Part shown: in pieces, positions 35,520-39,798 of the stretch
Position numbering within the stretch: the first letter of the stretch is position 1
Layout: every line of letters starts with the position of its first letter
DNA from: Candidatus Levyibacteriota bacterium
GTDB taxonomy: Bacteria > Patescibacteriota > Microgenomatia > Levybacterales > UBA12049
Assembly: GCA_016182425.1 (NCBI GenBank)
Contig: JACPGP010000033.1
Location: forward strand, 1-39,798
Reading direction: 5' to 3'
DNA: 39,798 bases
Notes under the pieces: generated by a model
What the model saw: only the letters and a program-made list of their open reading frames with translations
Database searches by the model: none
Told to the model about the DNA's origin: nothing
Program-made: the position numbers and the translations under genes

Positions 35520-35528
35520 ATTATAGCA
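35520..35528 (-). promoter_or_regulatory. Perfect extended -10 element
   Basis: TGCTATAAT on the minus strand, 7 nt before the YqeY ATG. Confidence 0.65.
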
Positions 35529-35532
35529 GTTT

Positions 35533-36321
35533 CTAACCTTCGTTTCTGGCAAATTGGCCTATGTCCTTGGATTTCTTAAGCATATAGTTAAAAAACCAGA
35601 GGGAGATAAGAAGATAGACAATGTTTCCAGCAAACGCTATTGTTGTTGCTTGCCAATTAACTGAAGGATTGCTAAGACCTGCTCGCGCAGCCTCAAATAC
35701 ATACGTTGGTGGAAGAAGATATGCTATCGTTTTTAACGTATCGGGAAGTATGCTCACTGGAAAAAATACCGCAGTGAGTGGCTGGAAGAGGAAAATAAGA
35801 CCCCAGGCGAGTGCTTGGAGCCTTTGACCATAGCGGAAAATAATGGCAAGTATAGTAATGCCCACAGACCAGGCAAACAGAGATAAATTGACAAAAAACA
35901 ATCCCAAATTGACAATGCCAATAGTAAAGATATTGAAATTAAAAATAAAATATGCAACAGCAGATATTATAAGAACTGTTGGTATTGTCTTTATTGCGCC
36001 AGATAGCATTGCCGCAGCCAAATACTCAAAAATGGTAAGAGGAGCAATAAACATATTGCTTAGATTTCGGGACCAAATATTCCAAAGTGCGCCAACTGAT
36101 ATGGAGTACTGTGTGATGCGTATGACTTCCCAGAGAATCATCCCCAAAAGGATATACACTGCTCCAACGCTATCTTCTTGTTTGGAAAGGAATGTAAAGA
36201 CAAAGCCAAACACGATAATATTAATAAGAGAGAAATAAAAAAGGTCAAGTATTACCTCAAGCGATTTTCTTGTTATATACCATTCTTGAAGAAGTATTGC
36301 TTTTATTCTTTCAAACGGCAT
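35533..36321 (-). CDS. ABC-2 type transporter permease
   Basis: Six TM helices; WSRNLSNMFIAPL, VFFPVSILP, PPTYVFEAAR. Confidence 0.88.
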   Translation of the reverse strand: MPFERIKAILLQEWYITRKSLEVILDLFYFSLINIIVFGFVFTFLSKQEDSVGAVYILLGMILWEVIRITQYSISVGALWNIWSRNLSNMFIAPLTIFEYLAAAMLSGAIKTIPTVLIISAVAYFIFNFNIFTIGIVNLGLFFVNLSLFAWSVGITILAIIFRYGQRLQALAWGLIFLFQPLTAVFFPVSILPDTLKTIAYLLPPTYVFEAARAGLSNPSVNWQATTIAFAGNIVYLLISLWFFNYMLKKSKDIGQFARNEG

Positions 36322-37237
36322 GTGTTTTACCTCTTACAATCTCTAAGAAAACGTCCTCCAGAGTTGGTTTTTTAACGTCTATATCAGTAAGCCAAATATG
36401 CTTGCCAAGATCAAAAATAATGCTTGGAATTTTTTTCTCTTCGGTTTGGATATGAACAAGATAGTTTTTTACAAACGTAAAGGGTATTTTTTCTTTCTTT
36501 AAATATGATTCAACTGTTTGTTTTTTCCCATCGAATGTCAACGCTAGGGTTGCCAGACCAACTTGCTTTGTCAGGTTAAGCGGTGAATCTTCTGCCACAA
36601 TTTTTCCATGATCCAAAAAGATGACGCGATCACAAAGACGAGTTACCTCTTCCATATCATGGCTGGTGTAGAGAATTGCAATATTTCTTGACTCTCGCAA
36701 ATGCTCAATAAATGATAGCGTTTTATCTGCAACATCAGGGTCAAGGCCAGCCGTTGGTTCATCCATAAGCAGGAGCTGCGGATCATTAAGCAGAGATTTG
36801 ATAATATTGACAATACTTTTTTGTCCGGTTGAAAGATCCCAATACCGATTGTTAAGAAACGAATGAATCGAGAATTGCTCAACAAGATCCATAATTTTCT
36901 TTTTGGGATTTTTAACCTGGTAAAGGTGCGCAAAGACCAGAAGATTTTCCCATACAGAAATCCTTCCCTGAAGTGTGTTAAATGCAGAAGCAAAGTTGAT
37001 GTGTTGGAGACAGTATTGCCGATTTGTCAAAAAATCTTTTCCAAAATAAGAGATAGTGCCGCCATTGGCAAGCGTTATCCCCAACAGCATATGCATGGCG
37101 GTTGTTTTACCAGCGCCGTTTGGGCCAAGTAACCCTAAAATTTCGCCATCGGCAACAGAAAAAGAAATATTGTCAACTGCAGTAAAGCTGCCAAAGTTTT
37201 TTGTTAAATTTTTTACTTCAAGAATTGAATTTTGCAT
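36311..37237 (-). CDS. ABC transporter ATP-binding protein (DrrA/NodI-like)
   Basis: [37 protein letters not shown]. Start set at MQNSIL. Confidence 0.9.
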   Translation of the reverse strand: MQNSILEVKNLTKNFGSFTAVDNISFSVADGEILGLLGPNGAGKTTAMHMLLGITLANGGTISYFGKDFLTNRQYCLQHINFASAFNTLQGRISVWENLLVFAHLYQVKNPKKKIMDLVEQFSIHSFLNNRYWDLSTGQKSIVNIIKSLLNDPQLLLMDEPTAGLDPDVADKTLSFIEHLRESRNIAILYTSHDMEEVTRLCDRVIFLDHGKIVAEDSPLNLTKQVGLATLALTFDGKKQTVESYLKKEKIPFTFVKNYLVHIQTEEKKIPSIIFDLGKHIWLTDIDVKKPTLEDVFLEIVRGKTHAV

Positions 37238-38579
37238 ATTCGTGAATACGTTTAATGAGATATTCTTTTGTGTTTTTTGAGAGGTCGGCATCTACCTCTT
37301 CAAAAAGTTTTTGGAGGATTTCGCCGACTTTTGGGCCTGGTTTTATGTTTAATTCTCTCATTACATCATTGCCATCGATTGATAAATCATTTATCGAAAA
37401 TGCCGCAGGAGCTAATTCTTTTTCGACTCTCTCTTTAAACAATTTTAGCCTCCAGCTCTCTGCAGTTTTTGTGCCGCTGCCTAATCTATCTGCCACGCGA
37501 AGATCTAGCATGTCTTGGATATTTTCAATGCCAACACGTCGTATAAATCGTCTGATTGCGGCATCAGTTGATTTTTCGTCTACTGTAAACATATGCCACC
37601 TGATTAGCGTTACTACTTTGTCTCTATCTTTTTTGGAAAACTTTAAGCGATCACAAATATCTTTAGCAATTCTTGTTCCGACAATTTCGTGGTTGTGGAA
37701 AATAACCAGTCCTTCTTGGTCTTCTCCTTTTACTTTTGGTTTTCCTACATCATGCAAAAGAGTGGTAAAACGAACAATTGGATCTTTTGATGGACAGAAT
37801 TTAAGAGAAAGCATATTGTGGGTAAAGACATCTGTGGTATGATGACGCCCAGGCCTGACCTGCGAAACACCAACTCCCTCTAATAGTTCGGGAAGTATCT
37901 GTTCAAGAAGCAAGGCATTACGAAGCAGCATTATACCGTCGTAGGGATATTCACTGGAAAGTATACGCAAAAGCTCAACGCGTATTCGCTCACCTGAAAC
38001 ATGGGTGATAAGTTTTGCGTCTTTTTGGATTTCGTTACAGGTTTGTTCTTCGATGGTAAATCCAAGCTCGGTTGCAATGCGGACTGCCCGCATAAGCCGC
38101 AAGGCGTCCTCTTTGAATCTAAGTTTTGGGTCGCCAACGGCACGAATAAGCCTTGCTTGGATATCTTCTTGTCCTTCGTAAGGATCGATAATGGAAGATG
38201 GTAATTTAAGAGCGATAGCGTTTATGGTAAAGTCTCGGCGGGCGAGGTCTTCTTCGATTGTTTTTCCCCATTTGACTTTGTCCGGACGACGTTTGTCCGA
38301 GTAGGCTGTTTCTGTTCGAAAAGTTGTTATCTCGACAATATGTTTTTCATTCTCAATTTCGATAGGAACGCCGACAGTGCCAAATTGATTGTCGTAAAAA
38401 CCATCGGGGAAAATTTTTAGTAACTCTTCTGGCACAGCGTTTGTAGTAAGATCCCAGTCTTTGACGGGTTTTTTCATAAGCAGATTTCGAACACAACCAC
38501 CGACAAAATAAACATCAAAATTAGCACTTACCAGCTTTTTATAAACAGCAACAATTTCTGATGGGATAAAATCAATCAT
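37218..38579 (-). CDS. cca: CCA tRNA nucleotidyltransferase with HD domain
   Basis: VGGCVRN, DWDLTT, EITTFR, DLARRDFTINA, EDALRLMRA, LLHDVGK. Start set at MIDFIP. Confidence 0.92.
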   Translation of the reverse strand: MIDFIPSEIVAVYKKLVSANFDVYFVGGCVRNLLMKKPVKDWDLTTNAVPEELLKIFPDGFYDNQFGTVGVPIEIENEKHIVEITTFRTETAYSDKRRPDKVKWGKTIEEDLARRDFTINAIALKLPSSIIDPYEGQEDIQARLIRAVGDPKLRFKEDALRLMRAVRIATELGFTIEEQTCNEIQKDAKLITHVSGERIRVELLRILSSEYPYDGIMLLRNALLLEQILPELLEGVGVSQVRPGRHHTTDVFTHNMLSLKFCPSKDPIVRFTTLLHDVGKPKVKGEDQEGLVIFHNHEIVGTRIAKDICDRLKFSKKDRDKVVTLIRWHMFTVDEKSTDAAIRRFIRRVGIENIQDMLDLRVADRLGSGTKTAESWRLKLFKERVEKELAPAAFSINDLSIDGNDVMRELNIKPGPKVGEILQKLFEEVDADLSKNTKEYLIKRIHEYAKFNS

Positions 38580-38582
38580 ATC

Positions 38583-38597
38583 TGCTATAGTATAGCA
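38583..38597. promoter_or_regulatory. Palindromic overlapping extended -10 elements for cca and recJ
   Basis: TGCTATA-G-TATAGCA reads TGCTATAGT on + and TGCTATACT on -. Confidence 0.6.
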
Positions 38598-38611
38598 AAG
38601 AAATTTCATTT

Positions 38612-39798
38612 ATGAAGAAGTGGAAAATCATAGGCAAATCAAAAACTGGTAATATCCTTGATCTTCTTTTACAAAATCGAGGGATAAAGACAAAAAAAGA
38701 AATAGAAGAGTTTTTGCATCCAAAACTTGAGAGTGTTACCACAAAAACTGTTGGGGTAGATCAAAAGCAGCTTAAAATTGCGGTAAAGAGAATTCAAAAA
38801 GCAATTGAAGATAAAGAGCAGATTGTCGTTTTTGGTGATTATGATGTAGATGGTATATGCGGCGCTGCGATTTTGTGGGAAACACTTTATGCTCTTGGCG
38901 CATCGGTTATTCCATATATTCCTCATCGGGTTGATGAGGGATATGGCCTGTCGAAGACAGGAATTTCCAATATCCAATCTCAAATGTCAAATGTCAAATT
39001 AATAATAACGGTGGATAATGGGATTGTGGCAAATGATGCAGTTGAATTTGCAAAAAGAGAGGGAATTGATGTAATTATTACCGATCATCACGTGCCAGGG
39101 AAAAAACTTCCAAAAGCGCACGCGATTGTGCATACAACAAAATTATGTGGCACCGCAGTAGCGTACTTATTAGCGCAAGAATTCAAAATTCTGGAAGACC
39201 ATCTTGGATTAGTGGCACTGGCGACAGTTGCGGATTTGGTGCCATTGACAGGAGCTAATCGAACGCTATTAACTTATGGGTTAAATATCCTTCAAAAAAC
39301 AAAACGGACAGGAATTATGGCAATATGTAGTGAGGCGGGAATAGATCAGAGAACAATCGGCACATACGAAATTGGACATGTAATTGCGCCCAGACTTAAT
39401 GCGATGGGAAGATTGGAATATGCCATGGACAGTCTTCGCCTGTTGTGTACAAAAGATCAGCAACGTGCAAAGTTGTTGGCGGAGAAGTTGGGATCAACGA
39501 ATAGAGAAAGACAAGAGTTGACGTTAGAAACAGTGCTGCACGCAACGTCAGGAATCAGGAATCAGGAATCAGGAATCAGGAAAAAATTACTCTTTATTTC
39601 CCATGAATCGTATCAGCAGGGTGTTATTGGGCTCGTGGCGGGAAAATTAGTTGAAGAGTTTTATCGTCCTGCAATTGTTGTTTCAAAGGGGGAGAAAGTT
39701 AGTAAAGCTTCGGCGCGGTCTGTACATGGGTTTAATATTATCGAATTTATTCGTCTTGCTTCGGAGCATTTGGTTGATGTCGGAGGACACCCAATGGC
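38612..39798 (+). CDS. recJ: ssDNA exonuclease RecJ (3'-incomplete; absent from the ORF track because it has no stop in the window)
   Basis: My translation from the ATG at 38612: GDYDVDG, PHRVDEGYG, ITVDNG, ITDHH, ATVAD, APRLNAMGR, GVIGLVAGK, SARS, GGH. Confidence 0.96.
   Translation, partial: MKKWKIIGKSKTGNILDLLLQNRGIKTKKEIEEFLHPKLESVTTKTVGVDQKQLKIAVKRIQKAIEDKEQIVVFGDYDVDGICGAAILWETLYALGASVIPYIPHRVDEGYGLSKTGISNIQSQMSNVKLIITVDNGIVANDAVEFAKREGIDVIITDHHVPGKKLPKAHAIVHTTKLCGTAVAYLLAQEFKILEDHLGLVALATVADLVPLTGANRTLLTYGLNILQKTKRTGIMAICSEAGIDQRTIGTYEIGHVIAPRLNAMGRLEYAMDSLRLLCTKDQQRAKLLAEKLGSTNRERQELTLETVLHATSGIRNQESGIRKKLLFISHESYQQGVIGLVAGKLVEEFYRPAIVVSKGEKVSKASARSVHGFNIIEFIRLASEHLVDVGGHPM
38962..39000 (+). 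repeat. Degenerate heptamer array inside recJ
   Basis: aatttcc aatatcc aatctca aatgtca aatgtca aatt, encoding ISNIQSQMSNVK. Confidence 0.75.
39548..39582 (+). repeat. Perfect (TCAGGAA)5 array inside recJ
   Basis: Five exact units, encoding SGIRNQESGIR. Confidence 0.95.

Noticed and set aside
716-39463. Many short ORFs in the track overlapping long genes (e.g. 2835-3110, 12993-13268, 13582-13776, 34071-34571, 37255-37842)
   Set aside because: They lie antisense or out of frame within well-supported genes, with no motifs or SD.
1-39798. Alternative genetic code (UGA=Gly, as in Gracilibacteria/Absconditabacteria)
   Set aside because: Conserved genes such as rfbB, rfbA and the GT2 end at TGA at their expected lengths, with ATGA couplings.

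Overview
Low-GC, gene-dense bacterial chromosomal window in the standard genetic code (TGA is used as stop). Gene content and style suggest a Patescibacteria/CPR genome, probably Microgenomates (inference, not a database result). Order: EamA, NRAMP, prfB, ftsEX plus a coiled-coil M23 protein, lamin-tail surface protein, tsaE plus a TsaC-TsaB fusion, CAP protein, a nucleotide-sugar/glycosylation locus (rmlA, cupin, rmlB, ugd, rmd-like, gmd, GT2-GtrA, two GT-C enzymes), Rrf2-sufCBDSU-ferredoxin-korAB, DUF4446/DUF3048, secDF, a toxin-antitoxin remnant, YqeY, an ABC pair, CCA-adding enzyme and a partial recJ. No rRNA, tRNA or CRISPR array seen. Main oddities: (1) a 1.9-kb, mostly GC-rich orphan-gene segment inside the sugar locus, bounded by perfect 39-bp inverted repeats, with a third internal copy of the same two-arm site and no recombinase or target duplication; (2) 7-nt tandem repeats and a modular palindromic element family sitting inside open reading frames of housekeeping genes (sufC, korA, secD, secF, recJ, ferredoxin); (3) an apparently circularly permuted M23 peptidase next to ftsEX.
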